Positions 27,743 through 38,064 of a stretch of DNA of 58,198 bases are shown here, piece by piece; the stretch's first letter is position 1, and each line of letters opens with the position of its first letter. The translations under genes and the position numbers were made by a program. The DNA is from a virus (taxonomy: Duplodnaviria > Caudoviricetes). The notes under the pieces were generated by a model that did no database searches, was not told where the DNA came from, and worked only from the letters and a program-made list of their open reading frames with translations. Location of the stretch: positions 1-58,198 of the IMG/VR virus record IMGVR_UViG_3300008255_001780; one strand, written 5' to 3'.

Positions 27743-28154
27743 CCAGGTGTACTCCGTTCATGGTTGCTGCTTCGTCCGCCTCGCCGTTCACGTCGTCAGG
27801 GTCATAGACGTCCCCGAACAGCTTGACTGGGACCGGGGCGTAGGTCCGCGCCATGCGGTCCCACATGAGATAGGTGAACTCACCACCGGTCACGTCCGAC
27901 ATGACCGCGGCGGCGATGATCATGCCGAAGGGGTCGCCGCCCGCCCACACCAGGAAGTCCTGAGGCGTCGCGTCCTTCAGGACCTCATGGGCCCGCTCAA
28001 TCGCGGCGTCCCGATCCCGCACGGGCGGCGGATCATCGGCGAGGAAGATGTAGGCGATGTCCCCGAAGTATGAGGAGGTGGACGTGTCGTAGGACGTGCG
28101 GCCCGCAGGCACGCGGGTCTCGTCCGGTTCGTTCACGATGAAGACAGTGGGCAT
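27735..28154 (-). CDS. hypothetical protein
   Basis: 139 aa, DFLVWAGGDP..YLMWDR. Confidence 0.7.
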   Translation of the reverse strand: MPTVFIVNEPDETRVPAGRTSYDTSTSSYFGDIAYIFLADDPPPVRDRDAAIERAHEVLKDATPQDFLVWAGGDPFGMIIAAAVMSDVTGGEFTYLMWDRMARTYAPVPVKLFGDVYDPDDVNGEADEAATMNGVHLDD

Positions 28155-28190
28155 GGTTTCCGCTCCGTTAGTGGCTGGGATTGTAGGGTG

Positions 28191-29963
28191 TCAGACGGCC
28201 TCGGTCAACCACGACTTCAGGATGTCACCTGAAACGGAGGACGCAATGTCGCGCTTCTCCTTCAGTGTGCGCAACTGGGGACGGTCGATGGTGCCGAGGC
28301 ACTCGAGGTCAGTGATGGTGCACGAGGAGCCCTCCTGACCGATGCGGTGAAAGCGATCCTCCGACTGAAGGCGGTGCCCCAAGTTGAAGGAGTTATTGAA
28401 GTAGAACATGTCCTGGGCGACCGTAAGGTCGAGTCCCGTTCCACCTGACTGCGGATTCGCGACGAAGAAACGCGCCTTGCCATCCATGAATACGTGGCGG
28501 TTCTTCGTCTTCTGTTCGGCAGGGATACCGCCGTGATACTCGACGACGGAGGACGCGCCGTAGGCCTCGCGGACGGCCGCCGCGATCTCGCGCAGCGAGT
28601 AGCGCCAGTAGGCCCAGATGATCGCCGAGCCCACGACGCCTTCGAGCTCCTGCATGAGCGCCTGGACGCGCGGGTTCTTGTCGTCGAGGGGCAGACCCGT
28701 GACCTCCTCGGCGAGCGGATCTGCGTCGTCGGGAGTGAAGAATCCGCAGGCGATCTGCTGAAGGCGGACGAGCTTGACCATGGCCATCTTGGCAGTCATC
28801 GTGCGACCGTTCGCCTCCGCGAGGAACTCCTTGCTCATGGAGACATAAGCCTTGCGCATCGCGTCGGTCATCTCGAAGGAGCGCATCCGGTAGATCTTGG
28901 CCGGGAGGTCGAGGCAGTCAGCCTTCAGGAGGCGCGACCGATAGGGGTCAAGCATCCGTCGCAGGACGTCCTCGTTCTTGAACCCGGTGACCGTCATGAC
29001 GGGCAACTCTACTTTCTGCGACCGCTTCGTCGCCTTGTCGTACTGCCAGGTCTCGAACGTCTTGTCCCCGACCTGTTCCTCGATGGCGAACTCGGCCTTG
29101 AAAGCGTGGAACGGCATGTGGTCAACGATGGCGGGATCCAGGAAGGTGTACTGGGCCCAAGCGTCGAGGGTCGAGCCTGTGGACATCGTCCCGGTGCAGA
29201 TCCACCTGCGCTCGGCCAGCTTGCCCACCTTCAGCATCGCCTTGGTGATGGCAGCGCTCGGCGTCTTAATGTTGTGGGACTCGTCGATTACCAGTCCCGC
29301 CTTGCGCGACCGCAGGAACCGCTCGATGAACTTCAGCCCCTTCGCACGATGCGCCGACTCGAAGTTGATGGTCGCGACGGCGAACCGGTCCGAGTCGACG
29401 ATGGAAGTCCGCGACCGCGCGTCCTTCCCGTACCACATGCCCATGTCCACTTTGTTCGGGTTCCAATAGGCCGCGTGCGCCTTGCCTTTCGGGAAGTGCT
29501 TGGGCACCTCGTCCTCGGCCCACTTAACGTGGACGTCTTTCAAGGTGATGACCAGCAGCGCATCGAGTTCACCACGGGCATAGGCCCACTGGCAGACGTC
29601 GAGGATCGTCTTCGACTTGCCGAGTCCCATCTCCCACTCGAGGGCGAAGTAGAGCTTGTCCTTGATGCTCGACCACCACTCGCGCTGGTGATCCAGGGGC
29701 TTCGTCACCCAGTCGAACTCGACCTCACCGGTGTCTTTCTTCTTGTAGAAGTGAGCCCAGGCGAACCGGCACCCAGCATGGAACGCCTTCGGCCCGAGCT
29801 CTGCCACGAGGAGGTCGAGGGCGTACTTGGTGGGCACGAACTTGATCCGCGTCCCCTGGTACTCCACTTCGGTGTTCAGGCGATCACCGAGCGACCTCGA
29901 CTCCTCGTAGCCGAGGCCCTCGACGACGCCGTGAGCGTTCTCGACGAGGACCTGAGCCATCAC
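28191..29963 (-). CDS. SNF2-family helicase
   Basis: EMGLGKS, VIDESH, CTGT, SGGTGLDL, QSEDRFHRIGQ. Confidence 0.92.
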   Translation of the reverse strand: MMAQVLVENAHGVVEGLGYEESRSLGDRLNTEVEYQGTRIKFVPTKYALDLLVAELGPKAFHAGCRFAWAHFYKKKDTGEVEFDWVTKPLDHQREWWSSIKDKLYFALEWEMGLGKSKTILDVCQWAYARGELDALLVITLKDVHVKWAEDEVPKHFPKGKAHAAYWNPNKVDMGMWYGKDARSRTSIVDSDRFAVATINFESAHRAKGLKFIERFLRSRKAGLVIDESHNIKTPSAAITKAMLKVGKLAERRWICTGTMSTGSTLDAWAQYTFLDPAIVDHMPFHAFKAEFAIEEQVGDKTFETWQYDKATKRSQKVELPVMTVTGFKNEDVLRRMLDPYRSRLLKADCLDLPAKIYRMRSFEMTDAMRKAYVSMSKEFLAEANGRTMTAKMAMVKLVRLQQIACGFFTPDDADPLAEEVTGLPLDDKNPRVQALMQELEGVVGSAIIWAYWRYSLREIAAAVREAYGASSVVEYHGGIPAEQKTKNRHVFMDGKARFFVANPQSGGTGLDLTVAQDMFYFNNSFNLGHRLQSEDRFHRIGQEGSSCTITDLECLGTIDRPQLRTLKEKRDIASSVSGDILKSWLTEAV

Positions 29964-30796
29964 GAGCGCGCCACGATGATCGGGACGCCGTAGAGACCCT
30001 GGGCGACTGCCATGTCCTCGAACGTGGTCGGGGCGCGCTGCTGCGCGACGTCCAGGAGGGCGACCGCAAGGCGGCGGATCTCTAGATCGGCGCCCTCACC
30101 TCCGCGCAGCCACAGGAAGTGACGCAGGAGGCGCAGGTTCGGCGTCCACAGGAGGCGCGTCTCCGCCGCGTTGGGCAGGTAGGCGCGCGCTGCCTCGTTC
30201 GCCCGCTTCTTGATCAAGGTCAGCGACTTGACGCCAGGCGACTGCGCCTTGACGCGCTCGACCAGCTGCTCCTGCAGGAGCGAGTAGGACAGGCGTGCGT
30301 CCTCGCACTCAGAGGCGAAGTCCTTGATCAAGCTCGACTCGGTCGAGAACTGTCCGCCGCTCAGGAACGCGACCAAGGGCGGGACGACGAACTGGATGTC
30401 CGACGCCTCGACGTAGCGCTGCGACTCCTGCGAGATTGCAACGCCCACGCGGTGGCGGACCATCTCGTGCGACAGCGACCGCGACACGCCCTGGATTGCC
30501 AGGTTGAGGGTCGAGTGCTCGAGGACAGACCCATGGCCCATCTCGATGATGTTCCGGACGTAGTCGGCGCGGGAGCGCCCCTTCATCCACGAGCGATAGC
30601 AGTGACGGCCACCGAACTCGACCATCCGCTCCAGGGCGTAGTCGTCGGTGATGTCCGACCAGAGCGCATGAAGCGGCGAGTCGAAGTGGGCCGTCTGATG
30701 ATCGGCAAGGCCGTTGAGCAGCATCCACTGCTCGAAGCCGTCGAGATCGAACTGGGTCTGACCGATCACGGTCACGTCGGGGTTCCAGATGAGCAC
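29960..30796 (-). CDS. thyX: flavin-dependent thymidylate synthase
   Basis: GHGSVLEH, EMVRHRVGVAISQESQRY, EAARAYLP, EIR; GTG start after CAACGGAG. Confidence 0.93.
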   Translation of the reverse strand: MLIWNPDVTVIGQTQFDLDGFEQWMLLNGLADHQTAHFDSPLHALWSDITDDYALERMVEFGGRHCYRSWMKGRSRADYVRNIIEMGHGSVLEHSTLNLAIQGVSRSLSHEMVRHRVGVAISQESQRYVEASDIQFVVPPLVAFLSGGQFSTESSLIKDFASECEDARLSYSLLQEQLVERVKAQSPGVKSLTLIKKRANEAARAYLPNAAETRLLWTPNLRLLRHFLWLRGGEGADLEIRRLAVALLDVAQQRAPTTFEDMAVAQGLYGVPIIVARS

Positions 30797-30939
30797 AGCG
30801 TGTCTCCGTTGGGCGTTGACTGAGGACCAGAATAGCCCGTCGCCTCGACGAACTGCAAGCACAATTCGAGAAAGGCTGTGTCCATTCCCCAGCTCTTCAC
30901 GCGCGCCGGCGCGATGCTCACTCCTAAAATTCCACTAGG

Positions 30940-30965
30940 ATCGTAGGCTCCAATCGTAGGCTCCA
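30940..30965 (+). repeat. 13-bp tandem direct repeat
   Basis: ATCGTAGGCTCCA x2 in the largest intergenic region. Confidence 0.8.
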
Positions 30966-31220
30966 ACTGCGCACAGCGCACCAAAAAACCAAAGCCCTTG
31001 CCGACTAGATGGTGAAGTCTTGAGGGATGGCAACAGTCGGAAATCGCTGAGCAATCGCGGGAATCCACCAGAGGACCAACGAATCCGCGCTATTTCTTCT
31101 GGTCGTCTGAGACTACTGGGGCGCGTGTTGTGCGATCACGCGGCGCGCTCGCGCGTGAGTCATGCTCTGCGTCTTTGCAACCGGGGCGCTGCCGAGCAAC
31201 CTCAATTTCTGCTCGAGGAA

Positions 31221-31234
31221 TATAAGCGAGTTAT
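31221..31234. promoter_or_regulatory. operator-like site (copy 1 of 4)
   Basis: TATAAGCGAGTTAT; also at 45358, 48414 and inverted at 55205. Confidence 0.65.
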
Positions 31235-31267
31235 GATAGGCCAGTGCTCGACCTGGAAGGAACAGTG

Positions 31268-31483
31268 ATGACCCCTGCCGAGTTCAAGCGGAAGCAGACA
31301 GCGCTCGGATGGAGCAATTCGCGCGTGGCGAAGCACCTGCGCAAGACGCCTCAATCGGTGTCGAACTACCGCACGGGCAGGCAGGCCGTTCCTGAGCATG
31401 TCGAGGTCCTCATTGACGCCGCGCTCAGACGCCTCAGAGACGCGCCTCCGCCTGGATCCCTACGAGCACGGGGAGAAAGTTGA
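31268..31483 (+). CDS. XRE/Cro-like HTH regulator
   Basis: MTPAEFKRKQTALGWSNSRVAKHLRKTPQSVSNYRTGRQAVP; only plus-strand gene recognised in 1-55 kb. Confidence 0.8.
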   Translation: MTPAEFKRKQTALGWSNSRVAKHLRKTPQSVSNYRTGRQAVPEHVEVLIDAALRRLRDAPPPGSLRARGES

Positions 31484-31499
31484 GACCCCGGTTGCTCTG

Positions 31500-31823
31500 T
31501 CAGCTCTCTGGGCGCTCTCCGGTAAGAGCCACATCACGGCGGCGATAGTACTCAGCGAGCGCCTCTTTCCCATCGCCGCACTCGATCAGCTCCGCCCGAT
31601 CTTGTAGCCACAAGGACTCGACCTCGGACTGCGTGAGGTCGCGGTCAGGGAGCAAGACGGGACGTTCACATGGGACAGTGAGGGCAGGAGGCACCGCGTC
31701 GAGTTGCGGCGGCTCCGTGCTACCTGATCTCGTTAAGACGCCGCACGCTCCGAGAAGGGAGGGAAGTGCGACCAGCGTCAACGTCCGCAGCAGCGGCCGC
31801 TTCCAGGCGGTCAACTTCAGCAT
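31500..31823 (-). CDS. o-spanin (Rz1-like lipoprotein)
   Basis: lipobox LLGAC, Pro-rich, PC..P and LIECG; overlaps i-spanin 3' end. Confidence 0.8.
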   Translation of the reverse strand: MLKLTAWKRPLLRTLTLVALPSLLGACGVLTRSGSTEPPQLDAVPPALTVPCERPVLLPDRDLTQSEVESLWLQDRAELIECGDGKEALAEYYRRRDVALTGERPES

Positions 31824-32052
31824 CGAGGGACTCCTTCTGCTGGCGCAGGCGCTCGATCTCCTCCTGCGCTACCCGAAGTGCCTCGCGGTTCGCCTCGAGC
31901 TGGCGAACATACTCCTCCTGGACCAGTTCTTGCCAACGCTTCGCCTCGTCCTCGACGCCTCGGTTGTAGGCACGGTAGTCGATGAACCAGACGCCGCCGA
32001 CGAGGATAGCGGCGCCCGCGATGTGGGGCAGGAATGGCTTTAGCAGGATCAT
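31720..32052 (-). CDS. i-spanin (Rz-like)
   Basis: N-terminal TM helix then coiled coil; overlapping lipoprotein gene. Confidence 0.8.
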   Translation of the reverse strand: MILLKPFLPHIAGAAILVGGVWFIDYRAYNRGVEDEAKRWQELVQEEYVRQLEANREALRVAQEEIERLRQQKESLDAEVDRLEAAAAADVDAGRTSLPSRSVRRLNEIR

Positions 32053-32747
32053 GACGACGGACCCGTGAACCGGAGACAGTGAATGGCAATCCTGACCTCG
32101 CCACCCGTGAAATTGCCTCCGTTTGCCGTGAGGACGATTGGTGTGTCCGAGTAGAACGCTTCAGGACCCACCACGCCGATGTTACTTGAGCCAGCAGCTA
32201 CGCCGAGCGAACCTCCGAACTTGCTCGCCTGTCCGCCGATGCCGCAGTCGTAGGATGTGGCACCCGTGATAGTGGTCACCGTGCGCGTTGACACACCAAG
32301 CACGATGTCTCGGTTGGCGATCTCGATGGTCGACGTGACCGATGCACCGCTGCAGACAAGCAGCTCCTCTTCGACGGACAAGCCGGTGCTTGAACCGTTG
32401 GGCGCGAACGCAATGGCGAATTGCTCCCATGCGCCGCCCTTGCGCACGACAAGCTCCGACTCGTCCTCGACCCAGACGACCCATCCTGGCACAGGGACAA
32501 GGCGAAGCCACGCGCCATCCAACCAAGCGGCAATATTGCCGTCCCATCCAGACCATGCGCCCGTCGCGCCAGTCGCCACGATGTAGCGGTCGCCTTCACT
32601 CGGTGACACAGGAGGAACCGTGAGGTCGCGATCCAGAACGGACAACTGCGCCACGGCGTCGAGAACCCGGAGCGCTTCGTTCACCGTCACGTGCTTCTGA
32701 GCCTGAGACGCCGTCAGGAAAGGTAGGTCGAACTGAGCAGTAGGCAT
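32049..32747 (-). CDS. DUF2793 tail-fibre/attachment protein
   Basis: LPFL..SQAQKHVTVNEALRVLD, PP.SPSEGDRYIVA..ATGAWSG. Confidence 0.85.
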   Translation of the reverse strand: MPTAQFDLPFLTASQAQKHVTVNEALRVLDAVAQLSVLDRDLTVPPVSPSEGDRYIVATGATGAWSGWDGNIAAWLDGAWLRLVPVPGWVVWVEDESELVVRKGGAWEQFAIAFAPNGSSTGLSVEEELLVCSGASVTSTIEIANRDIVLGVSTRTVTTITGATSYDCGIGGQASKFGGSLGVAAGSSNIGVVGPEAFYSDTPIVLTANGGNFTGGEVRIAIHCLRFTGPSS

Positions 32748-32757
32748 GTCGGTTCTC

Positions 32758-35700
32758 CTAGAACACGAGTGTCTCTTCCTTGACCGTTCCGCGTCCAAGC
32801 GTCGCAGACAACTGGTAGATGCGGACGGTGAGGCTGTCTCCAGAATCAAGATCCGCGCCCCAGTCAGTCACCTGGTCGGCACTCGTATAGGTCACACTTG
32901 TAGTTGAAGACGTGAGCGTCCTCAAGACAGTTGAGCCGTTCATGATGTCCACCTCGTAGGCTTCGATGCCTTCGCTCATGGGGATCTCGACCGCGTCCCA
33001 GCTGTCTGCCGCGAGGGCGCGGTCACGCCGCTTCCAACTGATCTCGAGGTCGCCAGGGGTGCGCGGACGCCTGAACGGCTGCTCCACATGCTCGACTGAG
33101 AACGGGATCAACCCGCGACCTTCTGGGGTGAAAGACTCCTGCGTGTAAACGGTCGAGGTCACGGGCTTGCCTGCCGATCCCACCCGCCAGTTGTAGGGCG
33201 ATCCGATGTCCCTGGTGTCAATCGGGATCGGGATTGCAGCGAGTCCCAGGACGACGACACGCGCGCCCTCAAGGGACGGGTTGCCCATTGCCCATTCCGT
33301 CCCGCGCTGACCGCGCAGCAGCTTCCTGCACGAGTACAAGCCAGGCCCATCGAGGGTGACATCTGCCGCCTGAACGATCTCCCAGACACCCGGAGCCGTC
33401 TCGATGGCGAGCGCATTCTCGCCGGCGAAGATCGCCTCGTCGGTCTTCGACTCGAGGGTGCCCGACTTGAGGGCGACGCCCAGGACATTTCCGTAGTCCC
33501 AGCGACCCGTGGGACCCGAGAAGAAATCGAACCGCAGGGTGCCCATGGACGCCGGGCGCCCGAACGTGCGGACGAGCGACCAGTTCGAAGTCGTCGGCGA
33601 CCGGAACACGGCCATCTCGCCGGGCCAGGGGTCCGAGAACGTGGCAAGGTAGGGGAAGCGCGGCTCCGCATCTTCGGCCAGCTGCGGGAGGTTCATGAAC
33701 TCGATCAGCGGCGGCCCAATGTCCCGCTTGCGCTGCACGTTGGTGGGCAGGGGCGCGGGCGGCTTGAGGTCGTAGTCGAGCCGGTCGTGCCGCACGCCCT
33801 CAATGAGGCGTGACCCGCGGTCGACCGCGGACGTCAGACGGTAGTTCAGGATGCGACCGTCGTAGTCGAACCCAACCACGTCGCCTGCATCGAGGCGCAG
33901 GAGCGACGGCGGCACGGAGCACGCCAGCTTCTCGCGCATCGTCCACATCTCCTGAAGTGCGCGACGGCAGCGACGCGCCGACTCCTCGGGAGCGACCGCG
34001 ATGGGGAAACCCTGCTGCTCGATGCGTGAGGAGTCGACGGTCGACCGACGCGCCTCGACCATGGCAGTGTCGAACTCCTCGTCCGAGCGAGCCGTCGCCC
34101 AGCGCAGGGTTAGGGGCAGTTCCGTCTCCTGCTCACGGGTGAGCTCGAAGAAGTCGCCCTGCTGGGAGTCACCTTCGCTGACCAGGTCGTCGAGGGTCAG
34201 GACAGCGACCCGCGCCTTGTCACGCATCGTGAACTTGATCTTGCCCGCGATCTCGACCGCGTCGAACCCGAAGTGCTCGGCGAGCATGGTGATCGAGGCA
34301 CGCGCGGACTCGAGCGCGTTGATGGTGTAGCCCTCGACAGAGCCCCACATCTCCGACACGTCGATCTCCGAGTCCTGCAAGCCTGCCTGCCTGCAAAGAT
34401 CTCGCACGAGCGCGCCCAGCCCCACGGAGCCGAGGCGCCCGCCGAGCCAGTGACCGAGGCGATAGTTCTCGCCGTCCGTCCAGACGTCGGACAAGGCCGG
34501 GAAGAACGGGTAGGGCCGCGCGTCCCAGGTCCAGACGCAGGACATACTGGTGTCCAGCATCCTGCCCGAGTAGACGCCAGAGGCCGGGTTGTTCGAGGTG
34601 TCATTCCAGTAGAGGAAGGTCGCCTCGATGTAGGCTCGCTGGATCGCGTCGTCGCGCCACCCACGCGAGAAGTAGGGGACGAAGGACTCGGAGGACTTCT
34701 GGTCGAAGAAGACGTTCGGCTGGTTCGTGCCTCGATCAATCGCTGGGCACCCAATCTCAGTGAACACGACTGGTTTTGACTCAGGCACCCACGAGGTAGG
34801 TGTGAGTGACTCTGTGCCTCCAGGGCGATTGAAGTGCTGGTTAGACCACCAGTTCCGCAGATCCTTGTAGCGAAAGACCCACAGTTTGCCTGCCGTGCCA
34901 TCGGTGATCGGCGTCCGAGTCTGGCTCTCACGGTCGGCTTCCGAAGCATAGAAAAAGTCGTAGCCCTCACCGCCCCGGATGTTGCTCATGAGGTAGTCAC
35001 GCGAGTAAATTGACGACCACCCTTCTTGTGCATCGAGATGCTCATGACCATCCCGCCAGTCAGACAGCGGCATGTAGTTGTCGATCCCGATGAAGTCGAT
35101 GTCCGGGTCCGACCACAAGTCATCGAGGTGGAAGTAGACGTCACCCGTCCCATCGGTCGGCTGGTGACCGAAGTACTCCGACCAGTCGGCAGCGTAGCCG
35201 ACGCGAGTTCCTCCGCCCACGATGCCCTTGACGTCCCCGGCGAGCGTCTTGAGTTTGGCCACTGCCGGGTAGTTCGAGGCGCTCGAGCGAACCCAGGTGA
35301 GACCACGCAGCTCCGTCCCGATCACGAAGTCATCCACGCCGCCCGCGGCGTTGCACAGATGCGCGTAGTGGAGCACCATGTGGCGGTAGCCCCACTCAGT
35401 GGCTGGGCCCGTGTAGGAGACGGTGGTGCCCGACACAGAGAACTGGGCCGCCGTCGCCACACCGAAGAAAGCGTCCACCTGCGTCGCGGCAGCGGCCGTC
35501 TTGTCCACGGTGCCCGCAAACCCAGCGGCCGGTGAGCAGGTGATGTGGCCACGCCACGGGAACACGTCCTGCCCCACGTCCGCTGCGTTGTCGGAGTAGG
35601 GGTTCGGCAGCGTGTTTCCAGGAGGAACGTCCATGAGGATGAACGGGTAGAACACGATCTTCCACCCGCGAGCCTTGATCGCCTGGATCAGCTCGACCAC

Positions 35701-36741
35701 GGTGTTGTCGGACGGGGTGCCACCGAACACCGGATTGCCGAAAGCGTCGAAGGACACGACGGTGGCGGACGACCGGTCGACACCGTTCACCGACCAGGTC
35801 AGCGGCTCCGTGTTCTTGTTCGAGGTCTCGACGTAGGGCTGGATGGTGCACTCACCCGCGCGCAGGTCGTCACCGAACCATGACACGACGAGCGACACCA
35901 CTTCGAGGTTGGGCGCCGACGCCTCGAGACGGCCGAGCGACTCGACCACGTCCGAGTTGCCCGTGGGAGTGTGCGCGTTCTCCGTCTTCGACACGCCTTC
36001 GCCCAGGAGCGCGTGGACCTCCTGCGTCGAGTAAGCGAACTCGCCGGTGGCCGGGATCAGGTTCACGCCGGTGACAAGGCCTTCCGCGGTGTCTGCTTCG
36101 TCAATCGGACGGAACACCTCGACCGAGATCTGAGGGATGCGGTTGCCAAAGTTGGCGACAGGCAGCTCTTCAAAGACGACGTAGGCCGTGCCGCGATAGG
36201 CGGGGGCGTTGCCTGCGCCCATCTTGCCCTCGATGAACGGGTCCGCTGTCTGGGTCTCGCTGCCCGAGTACCACCGCCACGTCACGCCCTCGAGGTCGAG
36301 GAGGTCACCGTCCGCCCAGATGCGCCCGATCCCACTGATAGGGCCCTCACAGATGGCGAGCGCGAAGGACACGAAATAGAGGTACTCCGTGGTGGTGACC
36401 TTACCGCCACCACCGCCACCTTTTCCTCCGCCCCCGGACGTCTCGGTGTTCACCTGCTCGCGGAAGTCGGTCGCCCAGATGATGGTTCCACCCGCGCGCA
36501 TCCGACCATAGATGCGCGGCAGGATGGCTCCTTCCGCTGACTGCACGACACGAAGGGAGTCGAGGCGGGGGCCCTCGATGCGCTGGTTCGGCGCCTTCGG
36601 AGCGAGGAGGCGGGAGTCGATGGCACCGCCGATGGTTGCACCGACCGCCAAACCGAAGGTCGCGGCCGCGACGCCCAGAACGGTCCCGCCAATGGCACCA
36701 CCTACCGCGTATCCTGCCGCGGCGAGGGCAATCGTCGCCAT
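32758..36741 (-). CDS. GTA-like baseplate/host-specificity protein (RcGTA g15 megatron-like)
   Basis: EGPRL, APAYRGTAYVVFE, GGTPSD, YAADWSEY, IDNYMPLSDWRDG, WTWDARPYP. Confidence 0.92.
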   Translation of the reverse strand: MATIALAAAGYAVGGAIGGTVLGVAAATFGLAVGATIGGAIDSRLLAPKAPNQRIEGPRLDSLRVVQSAEGAILPRIYGRMRAGGTIIWATDFREQVNTETSGGGGKGGGGGGKVTTTEYLYFVSFALAICEGPISGIGRIWADGDLLDLEGVTWRWYSGSETQTADPFIEGKMGAGNAPAYRGTAYVVFEELPVANFGNRIPQISVEVFRPIDEADTAEGLVTGVNLIPATGEFAYSTQEVHALLGEGVSKTENAHTPTGNSDVVESLGRLEASAPNLEVVSLVVSWFGDDLRAGECTIQPYVETSNKNTEPLTWSVNGVDRSSATVVSFDAFGNPVFGGTPSDNTVVELIQAIKARGWKIVFYPFILMDVPPGNTLPNPYSDNAADVGQDVFPWRGHITCSPAAGFAGTVDKTAAAATQVDAFFGVATAAQFSVSGTTVSYTGPATEWGYRHMVLHYAHLCNAAGGVDDFVIGTELRGLTWVRSSASNYPAVAKLKTLAGDVKGIVGGGTRVGYAADWSEYFGHQPTDGTGDVYFHLDDLWSDPDIDFIGIDNYMPLSDWRDGHEHLDAQEGWSSIYSRDYLMSNIRGGEGYDFFYASEADRESQTRTPITDGTAGKLWVFRYKDLRNWWSNQHFNRPGGTESLTPTSWVPESKPVVFTEIGCPAIDRGTNQPNVFFDQKSSESFVPYFSRGWRDDAIQRAYIEATFLYWNDTSNNPASGVYSGRMLDTSMSCVWTWDARPYPFFPALSDVWTDGENYRLGHWLGGRLGSVGLGALVRDLCRQAGLQDSEIDVSEMWGSVEGYTINALESARASITMLAEHFGFDAVEIAGKIKFTMRDKARVAVLTLDDLVSEGDSQQGDFFELTREQETELPLTLRWATARSDEEFDTAMVEARRSTVDSSRIEQQGFPIAVAPEESARRCRRALQEMWTMREKLACSVPPSLLRLDAGDVVGFDYDGRILNYRLTSAVDRGSRLIEGVRHDRLDYDLKPPAPLPTNVQRKRDIGPPLIEFMNLPQLAEDAEPRFPYLATFSDPWPGEMAVFRSPTTSNWSLVRTFGRPASMGTLRFDFFSGPTGRWDYGNVLGVALKSGTLESKTDEAIFAGENALAIETAPGVWEIVQAADVTLDGPGLYSCRKLLRGQRGTEWAMGNPSLEGARVVVLGLAAIPIPIDTRDIGSPYNWRVGSAGKPVTSTVYTQESFTPEGRGLIPFSVEHVEQPFRRPRTPGDLEISWKRRDRALAADSWDAVEIPMSEGIEAYEVDIMNGSTVLRTLTSSTTSVTYTSADQVTDWGADLDSGDSLTVRIYQLSATLGRGTVKEETLVF

Positions 36742-36742
36742 G

Positions 36743-37183
36743 TCAACCCTCCTCGCGTGCCGGGTAGCGGAATGCGAAGGCGACCTTTCGCCGCCAGTAA
36801 CCCAGTTCTTGCTCGATGCAGCCTAGACGGTTGTAGGCGTGAATGAAAGTGGAATGCGATGTCAAGATGCCCATGTGCTTCGCAATGCCACGAGGCCACA
36901 CCCTAAAGACCAGGACGTCACCCATCGTTGCTTCGCGCGGCGAGATCTCGATCAGCCACCTCCTGCTTTCCTCCGCGATGATCTCGCGCGTGCCCGTCTC
37001 GCCCCAGTCAGGCGTGTAGGGCGGGATCTTGTGTGCCTCGACGCCCACGACCTCGCGCCACACTCCTCGCACGAGGCCCAGGCAGTCGCAGCCGACACCT
37101 TTGACCGAGGCCTGGTTGTGGTAAGGCGTTCCGAGCCAGGAACGCGCGGCGAGGACAACCTGCTGAGGATCGGCAGCGTTCAC
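36743..37183 (-). CDS. NlpC/P60 tail peptidase (RcGTA g14-like)
   Basis: WLGTPYHNQAS.KGVGCDCLGLVRG, AKHMGI, FIHAY; GTGA overlap. Confidence 0.9.
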   Translation of the reverse strand: MNAADPQQVVLAARSWLGTPYHNQASVKGVGCDCLGLVRGVWREVVGVEAHKIPPYTPDWGETGTREIIAEESRRWLIEISPREATMGDVLVFRVWPRGIAKHMGILTSHSTFIHAYNRLGCIEQELGYWRRKVAFAFRYPAREEG

Positions 37184-38064
37184 AGCGGGTCCCCCGAACC
37201 TCCCTGTCCGGGAACGGCGTAGCGGAAGACGGTATCGTTGCCCGGGATGTGGGGGAAGCCGCGAAAGTTCGCCAGGTTCGAGAACTTCGCCTTGCAGGTC
37301 CCCGCCGTCTTGTCGCACCCGGCGCGGATCGTGAATGTGTCACCCGCCTGGATCGGCAGGATCGGGACCTCGAGGAGCGTCACGCGCGTCTGACCGCTAT
37401 CGGTGCGCGACGACTCCACCTCCGCCGTGCGCCCACTGTTCGCTCCCGACGTCCAGGTGATGGTGCCGAAGGCGAAGAACTCCTCGTCGAAGGACCCGAG
37501 TGCTCCCGTCAGGAAGGCACGGTCGCGCTGCACAGTCGCGACGGAGCCGGACGCGTTGAACGCTGCCGCGGAGAGATTGACCTTGCACCGGGAGTCGCCC
37601 AGCTTGGCGTCGCAATAGGGCTGGAACGATCTCCCCAGCGTCTGACCCAGCAGATGCGCAAGCGACCGGACCTCCGTGACGAAGACGGTCTTGCCACGAC
37701 GCACCTGCCCGAGGGCGCCCTTGCGCATGAGCAAACGCTCAGACACGTCCTGCCAGTTGACCCGCCAGGACTCGACCAGCGCGTTGTCCCACAGGCCATC
37801 CTGGATGTCCGTCTCGGTGATCGACTCGGACGAGATCGCACCCTCAGCGTCCTGCGAGTCGACCGCCATGTCCGCCGTCGTCCTCATGTCGGACGCCGTT
37901 AGGGCCGTTCCCGGCTCGAACGTGGTCCCGTCGAAGGTGAGCGGCAGATCGTGATCCGTGAACCCAAAGACCTCGCCGTCCTTGCGCGTGATGCGCCAGC
38001 ACCACGCCATGGTCGTCGTGCCTGTGTCGAGGTGTGCTTGAAGCGCAGCGGGGATAGTCTTCAC
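37180..38064 (-). CDS. baseplate hub protein DUF2163/BR0599 (RcGTA g13-like)
   Basis: GFTDHD, CDAKLGDSRC, AGCDK...C..KF.N..NFRGFPHIPG. Confidence 0.92.
   Translation of the reverse strand: MKTIPAALQAHLDTGTTTMAWCWRITRKDGEVFGFTDHDLPLTFDGTTFEPGTALTASDMRTTADMAVDSQDAEGAISSESITETDIQDGLWDNALVESWRVNWQDVSERLLMRKGALGQVRRGKTVFVTEVRSLAHLLGQTLGRSFQPYCDAKLGDSRCKVNLSAAAFNASGSVATVQRDRAFLTGALGSFDEEFFAFGTITWTSGANSGRTAEVESSRTDSGQTRVTLLEVPILPIQAGDTFTIRAGCDKTAGTCKAKFSNLANFRGFPHIPGNDTVFRYAVPGQGGSGDPL

Noticed and set aside
2250-29993. Long plus-strand ORFs (e.g. 2250-3515, 9931-11025, 13486-14544, 28494-29993)
   Set aside because: Antisense shadows of high-GC3 minus-strand genes; no motifs or RBS.
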